64,000 bases of DNA from an uncultured delta proteobacterium (GTDB lineage: Bacteria; Myxococcota_A; Polyangia; Polyangiales; JAFGIB01): NCBI GenBank assembly GCA_963778655.1, contig CAVZVA010000003.1, positions 320,001-384,000 on the forward strand, written 5' to 3'. The notes beneath the pieces were generated by a model. The model made no database searches and had not been told where the DNA came from. It saw nothing but the letters and a program-made list of their open reading frames with translations. Below are positions 40,169 to 49,961 of the stretch, piece after piece (the first letter of the stretch is position 1; every line of letters begins with the position of its first letter). The position numbers were made by a program, and so were the translations under genes.

Positions 40169-40489
40169 ATGCCGTTTGAACGCCACGGAGAAGAGCCTCT
40201 CGATGCCGTCGTCAACGTGCGTTTGACGGCCGCGGAGAAGGCGCGCCTTTGCGAGGACGCATTGGCGGCCGGGCTCACGATCTCGGCCCTGTCGAGGCGG
40301 CGCATGCTTGGCCGCCGGGTCGTTGCGAACGTCGATGCCGTCACGATCCGCGAGCTGCGGCGCTTGGGAGGCCTGCTCAAGCTCGTGCACGTCGAGAGCG
40401 GCGGCGCGTACAGCGATCGGACCGACGAGGCCCTGCGAGCGGTCAAGGCCGCGATCGAGGCGCTCAGCGGGGTCGGCCGTGATCGGTAA
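40169..40489 (+). CDS. mobB: MobB-like (TraJ-type RHH) relaxosome protein
   Basis: VNVRLTAAEKARL, ELRRLGGLLK. Confidence 0.8.
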   Translation: MPFERHGEEPLDAVVNVRLTAAEKARLCEDALAAGLTISALSRRRMLGRRVVANVDAVTIRELRRLGGLLKLVHVESGGAYSDRTDEALRAVKAAIEALSGVGRDR

Positions 40490-42236
40490 GAAGGTCGTGA
40501 ACGCCAAGGGCGGACGTTCGAAGGCCGCGCGCATCGGCAGCTTGCTCGACTACATCCGATCGCCCGAGCGCCGGCTGTCCGAGGAGAAGTGCACCTACTA
40601 CGGCGCCCGCGGGTTTGTGACCGACAGCCCAGGCGGCCACAGGGCCGAGATGATCGCCCTGGCCGAAGACGCCGTCCGAAGCGCCGACCCCGTCAACCAC
40701 TACATCCTGAGCTGGCGCGAAGGCGAGCTGCCGCTGCCCCACCAGATCGAGCAGGCGGTGAGCTTGTTCGTCGACGAGCTCGGGCTGCAGGACCACCAGA
40801 TCGTCTACGGCCTGCACACCGACACCGACAACCTCCACCTGCACCTCGCCGTCAACCGCGTCCACCCGCAGACGGCGAGAGCCGTCAAGATCAACCAGGG
40901 TTTCGACGTCGAGGCGCTCCACCGCGCCGTGGCCCGCATCGAGCACGCCCAGGGGTGGCTGCCCGAACGCCGGGCGCGCTACCAGGTGAACATGGCCGGT
41001 CGGGTGGTGAGGCGTCCGCAGGACGAGATCGAAACCCGGCAGCCCGCGCCGCCGAAGTGCGACCGGGAAACGCACACTGGAGAGCATTCCGCCGAGCGCA
41101 GCGCGATCGAACACGCTGCGCCAAGCATCGCGGGCGCTACGAGCTGGCAAGCGCTGCACCGGGCCCTCGCCGACAAGGGCATGCGGTACGAGCGCGCTGG
41201 CAGCGGCGCCAAGGTGTTCGTCGGCGGGATCGCGGTCAAAGCGTCGAGGGTTGCGCGGCAAGCGAGTCTTCGTAGGCTCGAACAGCGACTCGGGGCTTAC
41301 GAGCCCGCCCCTCCGGGGCTGCAGGTCCGCGCTTCGGCGCTTCCAACCCCGGGGCCCGCCTTGCCGAACTGGCAGCAGTACCGGGCCGAGCGAGAACGGC
41401 ACTATGTGGCCAAACGGGCCGAGTGGGTGGAGCTGCGCGCCACGCAGGATGCCCACTGGCAAGCGCTACGCGATCGCCAACGCGAGCGCCGGCAACGCGT
41501 GCTCTCCGGCAACTTCCGAGGCCGGGGCGAGCTACTCAACGGCCTGCGAGCCGCGCTCGCCGAGGAGCAGCACACGGAAACCCGCGCGCAACGGCAGGCC
41601 CACGCGCTCGCGCGCCAGCACTTGCGCGAGCGCCACGGCCGCTTCCCGCGCTTCGAGCCGTGGCTACGTCGCCAGGGCGACGAGGCACTTGCGGAGCAGT
41701 GGCGCTACCGCGACAGGGCCGCCCGGCCGTCCGCTCAGCCCGACCCCGCACCCGACAGGACCGACGCCTCGATCTGCGCCCGGTACACCGCCGCCTGGGA
41801 AGCGCGCGAGGAAGCCCGCCAGCAAGCCCTGAGCCGTGTCTGGACGCAGCACGGCCGAAACGTCGCGCGGCTCAAGGCCGCCTCGAAACGACGGTGGGCA
41901 GCCGTCCGCGTCATCGCAAAGGGCCAGGTCGCGGCCAAGCTTTGGGCGCTCGACGCCCGGTTGGCCGACCAGCGCGCATGGCGGCGCCTCCACGAGCAGC
42001 ATCGCGAAGCTGTGCGAGCCGTTCACCAGCGGCACCCACCTCTGCGGTGGACCGATTGGGTCGAGACGATCGAGCGCGGTCGGGAGCAAGGAGTAGCCGG
42101 TCCACGTGGCTCCGGAATGACGACCTCTGCCAGTGCGCCGCCAGAACACCAGCGCCAACAGCCCGGACGGGCGAGCGTGGCTGGCGCAGCCCCCCAAAAC
42201 CAACTCCCCGCACCCAGGCGCGGACGTTCTCGATGA
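40479..42236 (+). CDS. mobA: MOBP relaxase (TraI/MobA)
   Basis: LLDYI, HYILSWREGE, GLHTDTDNLHLHLAVNRVHP. Confidence 0.9.
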   Translation: MIGKKVVNAKGGRSKAARIGSLLDYIRSPERRLSEEKCTYYGARGFVTDSPGGHRAEMIALAEDAVRSADPVNHYILSWREGELPLPHQIEQAVSLFVDELGLQDHQIVYGLHTDTDNLHLHLAVNRVHPQTARAVKINQGFDVEALHRAVARIEHAQGWLPERRARYQVNMAGRVVRRPQDEIETRQPAPPKCDRETHTGEHSAERSAIEHAAPSIAGATSWQALHRALADKGMRYERAGSGAKVFVGGIAVKASRVARQASLRRLEQRLGAYEPAPPGLQVRASALPTPGPALPNWQQYRAERERHYVAKRAEWVELRATQDAHWQALRDRQRERRQRVLSGNFRGRGELLNGLRAALAEEQHTETRAQRQAHALARQHLRERHGRFPRFEPWLRRQGDEALAEQWRYRDRAARPSAQPDPAPDRTDASICARYTAAWEAREEARQQALSRVWTQHGRNVARLKAASKRRWAAVRVIAKGQVAAKLWALDARLADQRAWRRLHEQHREAVRAVHQRHPPLRWTDWVETIERGREQGVAGPRGSGMTTSASAPPEHQRQQPGRASVAGAAPQNQLPAPRRGRSR

Positions 42237-42253
42237 GCACGGTTTGCAGGTCC

Positions 42254-42586
42254 TCAGCCCCCAAGCTTGTCAATCCGCTCGGCCCAGTAGCCGGGCTCTT
42301 GGTGCTGATGGGCCACGGCGAGGACCACGATGTCGTCCTTGAGCACTGCAACAAACACGGTGTACGGGAACACCGGGTCGACGGGGAACGAGCGGACCTC
42401 AAGGCCCGACTCTTCGTACTCGGGCAGCCGCGTGCCCGTCCTTGGGAACTGCTGGACGTGCGCGATCAGCTCGAAGTAGGCGTGCAGGAATCGGCGGCCG
42501 GTTCCCGGCATTTCCAGCTCGTAGTGACCAATCGCATGATCGATCTCCTGGTCAGCCTCAGCGAGGACGCGGAAGCGGAGCCCCAT
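42254..42586 (-). CDS. RelE/ParE family toxin
   Basis: AEADQEI...HYE...G.GRRF, FPYTVF, VLAVAHQ..PGYW. Confidence 0.85.
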   Translation of the reverse strand: MGLRFRVLAEADQEIDHAIGHYELEMPGTGRRFLHAYFELIAHVQQFPRTGTRLPEYEESGLEVRSFPVDPVFPYTVFVAVLKDDIVVLAVAHQHQEPGYWAERIDKLGG

Positions 42587-42840
42587 CAGGCGCCGTACTT
42601 ATCACGCAGCCTTCGCAAGTGCTCTTCGCCGTCGATGAGCACGGCGGTCCCGGCCTTGATGCGCTCGAGCCGGCGGGCGATCTCGGCCTGCCACGCCGGA
42701 TGCACCTCGGCGGGCCAACCCTCGTCCTGGATGCTCTTCCAGATCCGATCGGCCAGGCGCAAGCGCTGCTCTTTGGGCAATCGCAGGACCTGCTCAAGAA
42801 GCTCTTCGGACGTCGGCGATTTGGGCGCTGCAGATGACAT
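42586..42840 (-). CDS. Addiction module antitoxin (TIGR02574-like)
   Basis: LRLPKEQRLRLADRIWKSI...AWQAEIARRL; overlaps the toxin start. Confidence 0.85.
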   Translation of the reverse strand: MSSAAPKSPTSEELLEQVLRLPKEQRLRLADRIWKSIQDEGWPAEVHPAWQAEIARRLERIKAGTAVLIDGEEHLRRLRDKYGA

Positions 42841-42989
42841 TCTTGGACAGTCTACGCCGAGCCCTCGCAAGCCGCCACGGGTCCGCAGCGGACGCGATCG
42901 CCACCGTGAAACCCGAGCGTGCCGCCCGCGGCAGGCCCCGAGGTCGGGTTGAAATGCCCTCTCCGCGCCCGCGGCCCGCAAGCACGTGC

Positions 42990-43164
42990 TGCACCATCTC
43001 CGCCCCCCCTCGCGACCAGCTCCTCGTTCACGTACGTCCCGTCCGCAAAGCACACGTCGGACGTAACGCCCGTGGAGGTCGATCTTCCGGGTCTGCACGA
43101 CGACGGTCTGCGCGGGCATGAGACGGGAGGCGACGAAGTCGCGGGCGGCGCGGAGCGGCAAGGC
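42990..43164 (-). pseudogene. Thermonuclease (SNase-like) C-terminal fragment
   Basis: AARDFV...VVVQTRKIDLHGRYV, then in a shifted frame DVCFADGTYVNEELVARG. Confidence 0.55.
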
Positions 43165-43188
43165 GGCATTAACGTGCCCCCCCGGCGG
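43165..43188 (+). repeat. 24-bp direct repeat, left copy
   Basis: GGCATTAACGTGCCCCCCCGGCGG; 23/24 identical to 44773-44796. Confidence 0.85.
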
Positions 43189-43352
43189 GGGAGAACGGGG
43201 CCGACTTGGGCCGCTGGCAGCTTAGCTTAGGCCGGCGGCTTAGACCGGTGGCAACTTGAGAATTTCTGCTGAGGCTTGAGGGATTTTGGATCCGCCGTGA
43301 CTTATGACGGAAATGTCGACTGCTCTCGACACTTCCGGCACTCGGAATCGTT

Positions 43353-44102
43353 ATGGATCAGGGGTCACGGACCGGACTCGGCGATACTCATCAAGCGCAG
43401 TCCGCATCCGTCGTACAATCTGATCTCGGCGATGAGGCCGTGCTCGACCGGCTCGCGGGACGCCGCGAGGCCGAAAACATGGCCCGCCTCCAGGGCGACC
43501 GCGACCTTGTCGACCGACTGATGTGGCGCGGCTATGCCGGCCGGGATTGGGACTTGTTCGCTCGCACTCTGGCCGAGTACGGGTTTCCTGTGACGCGCTC
43601 GTGGCTCCGCAGCGCCAAGATCTTTGCCAAGTGCGCCGACGTCCGGCTGGGAGGCTTGATGCGACGGCCCATGAGCGACGACGACGTCGCGGAGGTGTCC
43701 ATGGAGACCGTAGCTGTGGCGATCCGCGGGTTCCGGGACACTGTCCTCATCCCGGGACGCTGGGACCCAAGCCGCGGCGCAAGTCTCAAGACGTTCTTCA
43801 TCGGGCAGTGCGTTCTGCGCTTCCCGAACGTCTATCGTCGCTGGGTTAGCGAGCAGTCGTGGTTCAAGGGACAGAGCGCTGTCGGCGTGGTTCGTACGGA
43901 GCTCGACGAGGTTCGCGCCGCGCAGGACCCAGTCGTCGATTTGCAGGTCAAGCGTGCCGTGAAGCTGGCTCGAGCCAATCCGGATCTCGCAATCCGCGCC
44001 CTCGCCGGCCTGGGTGAGACGCACAAGGAAATCGCAGCGCAGCTCGGCATGACAGCCAAGGCTGTCGAGATGCGACTATACCGCCAGCGTGGGAGGAACT
44101 GA
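43353..44102 (+). CDS. Sigma-70/ECF-like factor
   Basis: WDPSRGASLKTFF (region 2-like); THKEIAAQLGMTAKAVEMRLYR (region 4 HTH). Confidence 0.7.
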   Translation: MDQGSRTGLGDTHQAQSASVVQSDLGDEAVLDRLAGRREAENMARLQGDRDLVDRLMWRGYAGRDWDLFARTLAEYGFPVTRSWLRSAKIFAKCADVRLGGLMRRPMSDDDVAEVSMETVAVAIRGFRDTVLIPGRWDPSRGASLKTFFIGQCVLRFPNVYRRWVSEQSWFKGQSAVGVVRTELDEVRAAQDPVVDLQVKRAVKLARANPDLAIRALAGLGETHKEIAAQLGMTAKAVEMRLYRQRGRN

Positions 44103-44376
44103 CATGCGAAGGTGGATGGTCCCCATCCAGTCCCTGATTGCGCGGTCGTCGCTCGGAAGCTCCGGGGCGCACCGTGTCCGCGCGAAGACGCCGACGCCAG
44201 CGGCAGACTTCATCATGACGCTGGCGAAGGAGAAAGAACCGCGAGCGCGAGGGCAGGGAGCGCTCGCGGCACTTAGAATCTTGGCAACAACCCAGGAAGC
44301 TCGAGGTACGTCGAACCGTCCTCCTCGAGGACGCGGCGTTGTCGGTTCGGGTTTCGACTCCGCGGAGGCGACCAAG

Positions 44377-44709
44377 ATGAGCAAGATCGCAGATGCAACG
44401 TTCGTGGGCGAGTCCGGCGCCAAGTACTCTTTTGTCGTCTACTCGGTTGACGCGGCGTTCAACGATATCGGCGCAGTGTATATCTTCTCGAAGCGCACGG
44501 TGTCGAACGGCAAGAGAACGCACAGGTTGTTGTATATCGGACAGACCGAGGAGCTCGGTGGCAGAATCTCCAGCCACGAGAAGTGGGGTTGCGCAGAACG
44601 CAATGGTGCCAACGCCATCTGTGTCCACGTGCAGAGCGACCGCGGTACCAGGTTGAACATCGAGACCGACCTGCGCAACGCGAACGACACCCCGTGCAAT
44701 GACCAGTGA
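44377..44709 (+). CDS. Small GIY-YIG nuclease family protein
   Basis: GAVYIF...LLYIGQT...RISSH...IETDL; RBS GGAGG. Confidence 0.75.
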   Translation: MSKIADATFVGESGAKYSFVVYSVDAAFNDIGAVYIFSKRTVSNGKRTHRLLYIGQTEELGGRISSHEKWGCAERNGANAICVHVQSDRGTRLNIETDLRNANDTPCNDQ

Positions 44710-44772
44710 TCCGACTGCCACAAGGTGACTGGTGAGAAGGCGTTCTTCGGGCGGGAAGGAGGCATTGAAGGA

Positions 44773-44796
44773 GGCATTAGCGTGCCCCCCCGGCGG
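44773..44796 (+). repeat. 24-bp direct repeat, right copy
   Basis: GGCATTAGCGTGCCCCCCCGGCGG. Confidence 0.85.
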
Positions 44797-44933
44797 CGGG
44801 ACGTGTTCGGGGGCCCCCGCCCGTCGTCCATGCAGCGCTGGCGGCGGGGCGCATTGCGCTGTCCCGGCGACGGGCGGCGGTACCGGCGCGCCCACGCCGG
44901 GCGGCACCGGCGTGCTATTCTAGCGCGCTGACG

Positions 44934-47888
44934 ATGGCCGAAACGGAGTCGGCAAAGACGTGGCTTCGCGCCCACGGATTCAGCGCGATCGCGGACACGA
45001 TCGACGAGATCGAAAGCGAATGGGCCGCGCGAGGTCGGAAGACGCGACGCAATTGGTGGGACGTGCTCGCCGGGACTCGCTCCGGGGCGCCGCGCGTCAT
45101 CGAGGGGCGCCGATTCCCGGTCCTTCCGGAGGCCCGGCTCCGCCAGGGCCTGCCGCTCCCCGCTACGGCGCCCACCGAGCCCGACGTCGCGATCGATGAC
45201 GAGGCCGTCCCGGAGGGGCCGCCGGCACCGGCACTCCCCCAGAAGCCAGCGGCGCCTGCACTTCCCGACGCGCTGCCGGCAACAGCGTTTCTCCCAGCCA
45301 CCGCCGCAAGGACACGTTCGTCCGAGACGTCGAAGCCATCGAGGCCGTCTGCGGCGTCGATCGGCGGCACCGCCCCTGTGGCGCGCTCGCTGCTCGACGG
45401 CAACGCGATCGCCTTTCTCGAGCGGCAGATCTCGCAGGGCCGCGTCGTGCTGCTGACGGGCGCCGGCTTCTCGCTGGACGCGAAGGACCAAAGAGGTCGC
45501 CCCCTGCCGCTGACTACCCAGCTAACGCAGGAGATCGCGCAGGTCTGCTTCCCGGGGGAGCCTGTCGAGGACTCGTTCGGCGACCTGTTCGCGTACGGCC
45601 AGCGGTACCGCCCGCACGAGCTACGCGGGCTACTCATGAGCCGCCTCCAGGTCGACCCGAAGTCTCTCGACGCCCACTACCGCATCTGGCTCAGCCAGCC
45701 CTGGCGGCGCGTATACTCGCTCAACTACGACGATGTCGAGGTCGCGGCGGCGCGCCAGTTCGACCTGCCTCGCGAGCCACAGACGCTGACCGGAACGACG
45801 GACTCGCTCGCCGCGCACATGGAGGGCGTCTCTGGTCGACGGCTCCCCGTCATCCACCTCAACGGCTTCCTTGCGGACAAGCTGCGCGACATGACAGCCT
45901 CCCCGAAGGACTACGGCGTCCGGCTCGGACGCTCGGAGCCGTGGTACGAGCTCTTCGTCGCCGAGTTGATCTCGAGCTGCTGCATCTTCGTCGGCACGGA
46001 GCTGGATGAGCCCATACTCTGGAAGTACATCGAGCTGCGCGAAGCCCGCACGGAGCAAACTGCCGAGCGTCGCCCGCGCTCGTTTCTTGTGATCCCACGC
46101 GTCGGCCGTGCAAAGCGCGCCCGGCTAGCGGAGTACGGCGTGCAGCACGTTCCCTGTACAGCCAAGGAGTTCGCCGAGCTGATCTTGGCGCCCCTTGCGT
46201 CGGCGACGCGACAAGGACTCAAGCGGCTTTCGGCGACTGATCCGAGTCAGCGCGTCGGCATCAGGGTGCCGGACGTCGCCGGCTTGATTGCGGGCGCGCC
46301 GCGCACGCGGACTGACTTTCTGATTGGGGAGCAGCCGACTTGGGGCGACATCACCGCGAATCGAGCCGCCGCTCGGCGCTGCAACACGGAGATCGCCGAT
46401 CGCGTGCTGGCAGAGCGCACCGCGGTGGGGACCGCGCCCGCGGCGCGGGGTCGTCCGCGCCGCCGCGCCGCGGTGATCGTCGTTACCGGGACGGCCGGCA
46501 GCGGCAAGAGCAGCGCACTGATGCAGGCGATGGCGGTCGTCAGCGCGAAGGGGCTCTCTGTAGCCTGGATAGACACCTCCTTCGACCGTCCGCTCGCCGA
46601 TCTGCGCGCCGCCGTCGCCGCGGATCGTTTTGACGTCGTGGCCATCGATGACATCGATCGGTACGGCAGGAGAGCCCCCTCGGTGGTCCGAGACATGCTG
46701 GCATCGGAAGCGGTGCAGGTCGTGGTCCTTACCGTGCGATCGAGCCGGGCTGACGCGGTGGCGTCATTGAAGGAGGACGCGAACATCGCACTGGTCGAGT
46801 ATGCGATGCCGCCGCTCGACGACGCGGACATCGACGCGATCCTCGACGTGCTCACCGCGAACCACCACCTAGGTGTGCTCACTGGCAAGTCAAGGAAGGT
46901 CCAACGACAAGCGTTCCGCGATAGCGCCGAGCGCCAGCTCCTCGTCGCGATGATCGAGGCGACCTCGGGCAAGAGGTTCGGGCAGAAGGTAATCGACGAG
47001 TGGCAGGAACTTCCCGATGCACAGCGCGAGGCATATCTCGTGGTGTCGCTCGCGAGCGCGCTGCGCGAGCCGCTCACGCAGGAGGACGTCCTCCTCTGCT
47101 TGTCGAGCCGTCCGGCGCCTGAGGCGTTCGCAGCGTTGCAGACGCTCATCGATCGACGGATTCTCGTGCGCGGCGTCGGCGGAGCCGAGTCAATCCGTGC
47201 TCGGCACCGGGTCATCGCCGAGAAGCTGCTGGACGAGTTGGACGCGCAGAAGCACGTCCTCGCGTTGGCGTGCGAGCAGCTCGCCTACGCAGTCGCGACG
47301 AGAATCACAGCGGGGACGCGGCGCGACTCTCGCCTGTGGCGGCTTATCACGCGCTTGATTAGCAATCAGTTCCTCATGCGCCGGATCGGCGTTGACGCAG
47401 CCCGCGCTGTGTACGCGGCGCTTGAGGATCTTCTCGCGTGGGACTATCACTTTTGGCTCCAGCGGGGGAGCTTGGAGGTCAAGCACGGCTCCGTGCACTA
47501 TGCGGAGCGGTATCTCAATACCGCGTATGGCCTTAAGAGCGGCGACCGCTTGGTCGTCACGGAGTACGCATACATGCTCATGAAGAAGGCCTCTGCCTCC
47601 TCGCACTTAGACGACGCCGAGAAATGGGTGGAGGAGGGACGCAAACTACTGCTCGAGCAGATCCAGTTCAACAAGACCGATGACTACCCGTACCATGTGC
47701 TCGGCTCGCAGTCGGTCGCATGGGTGATGAAATGCTCATGGCCGAAGGAGAAACGAGTTCGCTTCCTCCGTGACGCGAAACGCACCGTCGACGCGGGGAT
47801 CAAGTTGCTCCCCGCGGCCCGCGATCTGCGGCAACTCGCGGGCGACATCGAGACGAAGATTCATGCGATACGACTCGGGCTCTCATGA
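44934..47888 (+). CDS. SIR2-like + P-loop NTPase + helical/TPR protein (Avs-like defence candidate)
   Basis: LLTGAGFS, SLNYDD, IHLNG, IFVG; Walker A GTAGSGKS, Walker B VVAIDD; C-terminal YHFWLQRGSLE helical repeats. Confidence 0.8.
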   Translation: MAETESAKTWLRAHGFSAIADTIDEIESEWAARGRKTRRNWWDVLAGTRSGAPRVIEGRRFPVLPEARLRQGLPLPATAPTEPDVAIDDEAVPEGPPAPALPQKPAAPALPDALPATAFLPATAARTRSSETSKPSRPSAASIGGTAPVARSLLDGNAIAFLERQISQGRVVLLTGAGFSLDAKDQRGRPLPLTTQLTQEIAQVCFPGEPVEDSFGDLFAYGQRYRPHELRGLLMSRLQVDPKSLDAHYRIWLSQPWRRVYSLNYDDVEVAAARQFDLPREPQTLTGTTDSLAAHMEGVSGRRLPVIHLNGFLADKLRDMTASPKDYGVRLGRSEPWYELFVAELISSCCIFVGTELDEPILWKYIELREARTEQTAERRPRSFLVIPRVGRAKRARLAEYGVQHVPCTAKEFAELILAPLASATRQGLKRLSATDPSQRVGIRVPDVAGLIAGAPRTRTDFLIGEQPTWGDITANRAAARRCNTEIADRVLAERTAVGTAPAARGRPRRRAAVIVVTGTAGSGKSSALMQAMAVVSAKGLSVAWIDTSFDRPLADLRAAVAADRFDVVAIDDIDRYGRRAPSVVRDMLASEAVQVVVLTVRSSRADAVASLKEDANIALVEYAMPPLDDADIDAILDVLTANHHLGVLTGKSRKVQRQAFRDSAERQLLVAMIEATSGKRFGQKVIDEWQELPDAQREAYLVVSLASALREPLTQEDVLLCLSSRPAPEAFAALQTLIDRRILVRGVGGAESIRARHRVIAEKLLDELDAQKHVLALACEQLAYAVATRITAGTRRDSRLWRLITRLISNQFLMRRIGVDAARAVYAALEDLLAWDYHFWLQRGSLEVKHGSVHYAERYLNTAYGLKSGDRLVVTEYAYMLMKKASASSHLDDAEKWVEEGRKLLLEQIQFNKTDDYPYHVLGSQSVAWVMKCSWPKEKRVRFLRDAKRTVDAGIKLLPAARDLRQLAGDIETKIHAIRLGLS

Positions 47889-47959
47889 GAGAGGAACGGA
47901 GCACCGCCCGTCGCCGCGCCCAGCACCTGGTAAAGTGAACGTAGGCGCGCCGTAGTCGG

Positions 47960-49000
47960 CAATGAGACGCGCGCTCCTCTGTCGAATCTGCGGTGAGCCC
48001 GTCCGGACCACCGAACACGAAGATGGCACCACGCCCAGCGCGTAGCCGCATCACGACGCGAAGCTTCCCGAGCAGAGGCGAGACCTCGAGCCCGATCGCG
48101 CGCGCATCCTTGGTCTTGGTGTTCGCGGCGCAGCCGAATCTATCCGACCCTGCGGCCCTCGTGGTCCGTTGCGTCCAGATCGACGTCCGACCACTTCAGC
48201 CCAAGCGCCTCGTCCCTGCGGCAGCCCGTCAGCGCGATGAACACTGTTAACGGCGCAATCGCGACGTAGTGTTGCGCGCTGCCAACTGGCCGGAGCCCGG
48301 CATGCTCCAGCCGGGTCTCGGCGAGGGTCTGAGCATCGTGATCAGCAGCCGCCTTGAGCCGCCCCGCGAGCTGCGCCGGTGTCAGGAAGTCGGCCTGCTC
48401 GCGCGGAACCGGAAGAGCCTTGAGCGTGTCGCCAATCGCATCTCGGCATCTCGCGTGAGCTTCAGTTTCATGCCCGAGCGCGCGCCAGCGGTTGAGCAGG
48501 GTCTTCACGCGCGCAGGTACGTCTTGACGGTGTTCGGGGAATGGCGCTCGGTCGACCGAACAGGCCCGCCGCGACGGAGGCCCTTCATCGGGCGTCGGCG
48601 GCCGTCGGCGATCACAGCCTCGCGATAGGCAGCCAGAAGCGCCGGCGTGATTTCCTCGGTCCGCTTGATGCCGCTGCGGGCCGTCCAGAACCTGAATGGC
48701 TCGAGGCTCTGGCGGTAGCCGGCGATGGTCTTCTCGCGAAGACGGTGACGGCACGACTCGAAGAAGGCCGCGAACGCGTCATCGATCGGCGTGGTTGTCT
48801 GACGCAGAGCGCCCGTCGCGAGCTCGGCCCTGCGGTGTGCGAGCGCTTGCGCTCTGCGGATCGCCCACGCGCGGCGTGCCTCGTGCGAGCCGAGCTGAGG
48901 CTCGAGCGTCTCCCAGTTCGCCAAGCCCGTGTCGGGATCGCGTAGCGGAGGCGCCAGACCGTTCGACCGGGTACGCGCGCTTGAACAGCACCACTCCTGG
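47960..49000 (-). pseudogene. Second tyrosine integrase, frameshifted and truncated
   Basis: LREKTIAGYRQSL, EITPALL, FLTPAQL, LTGCRRDEALGLKWSDVDL, NTKTK; no HxxR/Tyr end seen. Confidence 0.75.
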
Positions 49001-49010
49001 GCGCGGTGAG

Positions 49011-49391
49011 CGCACGCTGGCAGACCTGAAGTACGAACCATCCCCCGACCTTTCCAAGGCAATCCTGGCGCTCTCGAATGACGCGTCGAACGTGTTCATG
49101 ACCTCGGCCTGGTACGGCCACCTGCGTTTTCGCGACGCCCCGCTGTGGCAGGTGGTGTTGGCGAGCTGGGGGCTGGCGCTCTTCGAATACTGCCTGCAGG
49201 TGCCGGCCAATCGCATCGGCTACGGCCAGGGCTTTTCAGGAGCGCAGCTCAAGACGATCCAGGAACTCATTACGCGCTGCGTGTTTGTGGTCTTCGCATG
49301 GCTCTACCTCGGCGAGACTCCGCGCTGGAACGTAGCAGTCGGCTTCGCGCTGATCGCCTGCGGCGCGCTGTTCGTGTTCAAGCCATGGTGA
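49011..49391 (+). pseudogene. DMT family (DUF486-like) protein whose N-terminus is replaced by an integrase tail
   Basis: SNVFMTSAWYGHL...FEYCLQVPANRIG...QLKTIQELIT; preceded by TLADLKYEP. Confidence 0.75.
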
Positions 49392-49595
49392 GCGCCCCCT
49401 GCCCGCTCACCGGCGACCAATGCTGCGCCCGCGATGCTGCCGACGATCTCCAAGTGCTCGGCAGCCGCCCGCTGCTCCGGTCATATCGACGTATAGCGGC
49501 TCCCAAGGTCGGTGCGATCCTGGGGCACGTCGAGCGCATGCACGAGCGCGTCGGGCGGCCCACCGAGGCCGTCATCCGGGCGCGCGCGGACCGAG

Positions 49596-49628
49596 ATTGT
49601 CCAACAAACGCGAAAAAATTGTCCAACA
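49596..49628. repeat. Putative integrase arm-type sites (ATTGTCCAACA x2)
   Basis: Copies at 49596-49606 and 49618-49628. Confidence 0.7.
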
Positions 49629-49690
49629 CGCGTAACGGAGCCGTTTTCGCGCGGCCGCGCTAACTTGCGGCCCCGACTGCGAAAAGCCGC

Positions 49691-49766
49691 TGGTGGGTCA
49701 TCTCGGATTCGAACCGAGGGCCAATGGATTAAGAATCCACTGCTCTACCAGCTGAGCTAATGACCC
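49691..49766 (-). tRNA. tRNA-Lys (CTT)
   Basis: GGGTCATTAGCTCAGCTGGTAGAGCA-GTGGA-TTCTTAA-TCCAT...GGTTCGAATCC-GAGATGACCCACCA; 76 nt with CCA. Confidence 0.96.
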
Positions 49767-49961
49767 GGGATTTTGGGCGCTAGGTGTACGCCAGCTGCCG
49801 GGGGAACGCCACACCTTTTGGCCGGGGCCCGGAAGCTGCTACAACTCTGGATAACCGCTATGGAAAGTGAGGGGGAACGGCGCCTGCCGGGGGCAATTGA
49901 CGGGCTTGCCGTGAGCCACTCTGCCGCCGCCCTGCCACATCGGAATCCGGAAGGCGACCCG

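Larger units (their letters stand above)
32260..49736. mobile_element. Integrative mobilisable element inserted at tRNA-Lys
   Basis: att direct repeats, integrase, excisionase-like gene, mob cluster, oriT, toxin-antitoxin and defence-like cargo. Confidence 0.88.

Noticed and set aside
32260..49736. Prophage or self-transmissible ICE
   Set aside because: No structural, terminase, T4SS or coupling-protein genes.
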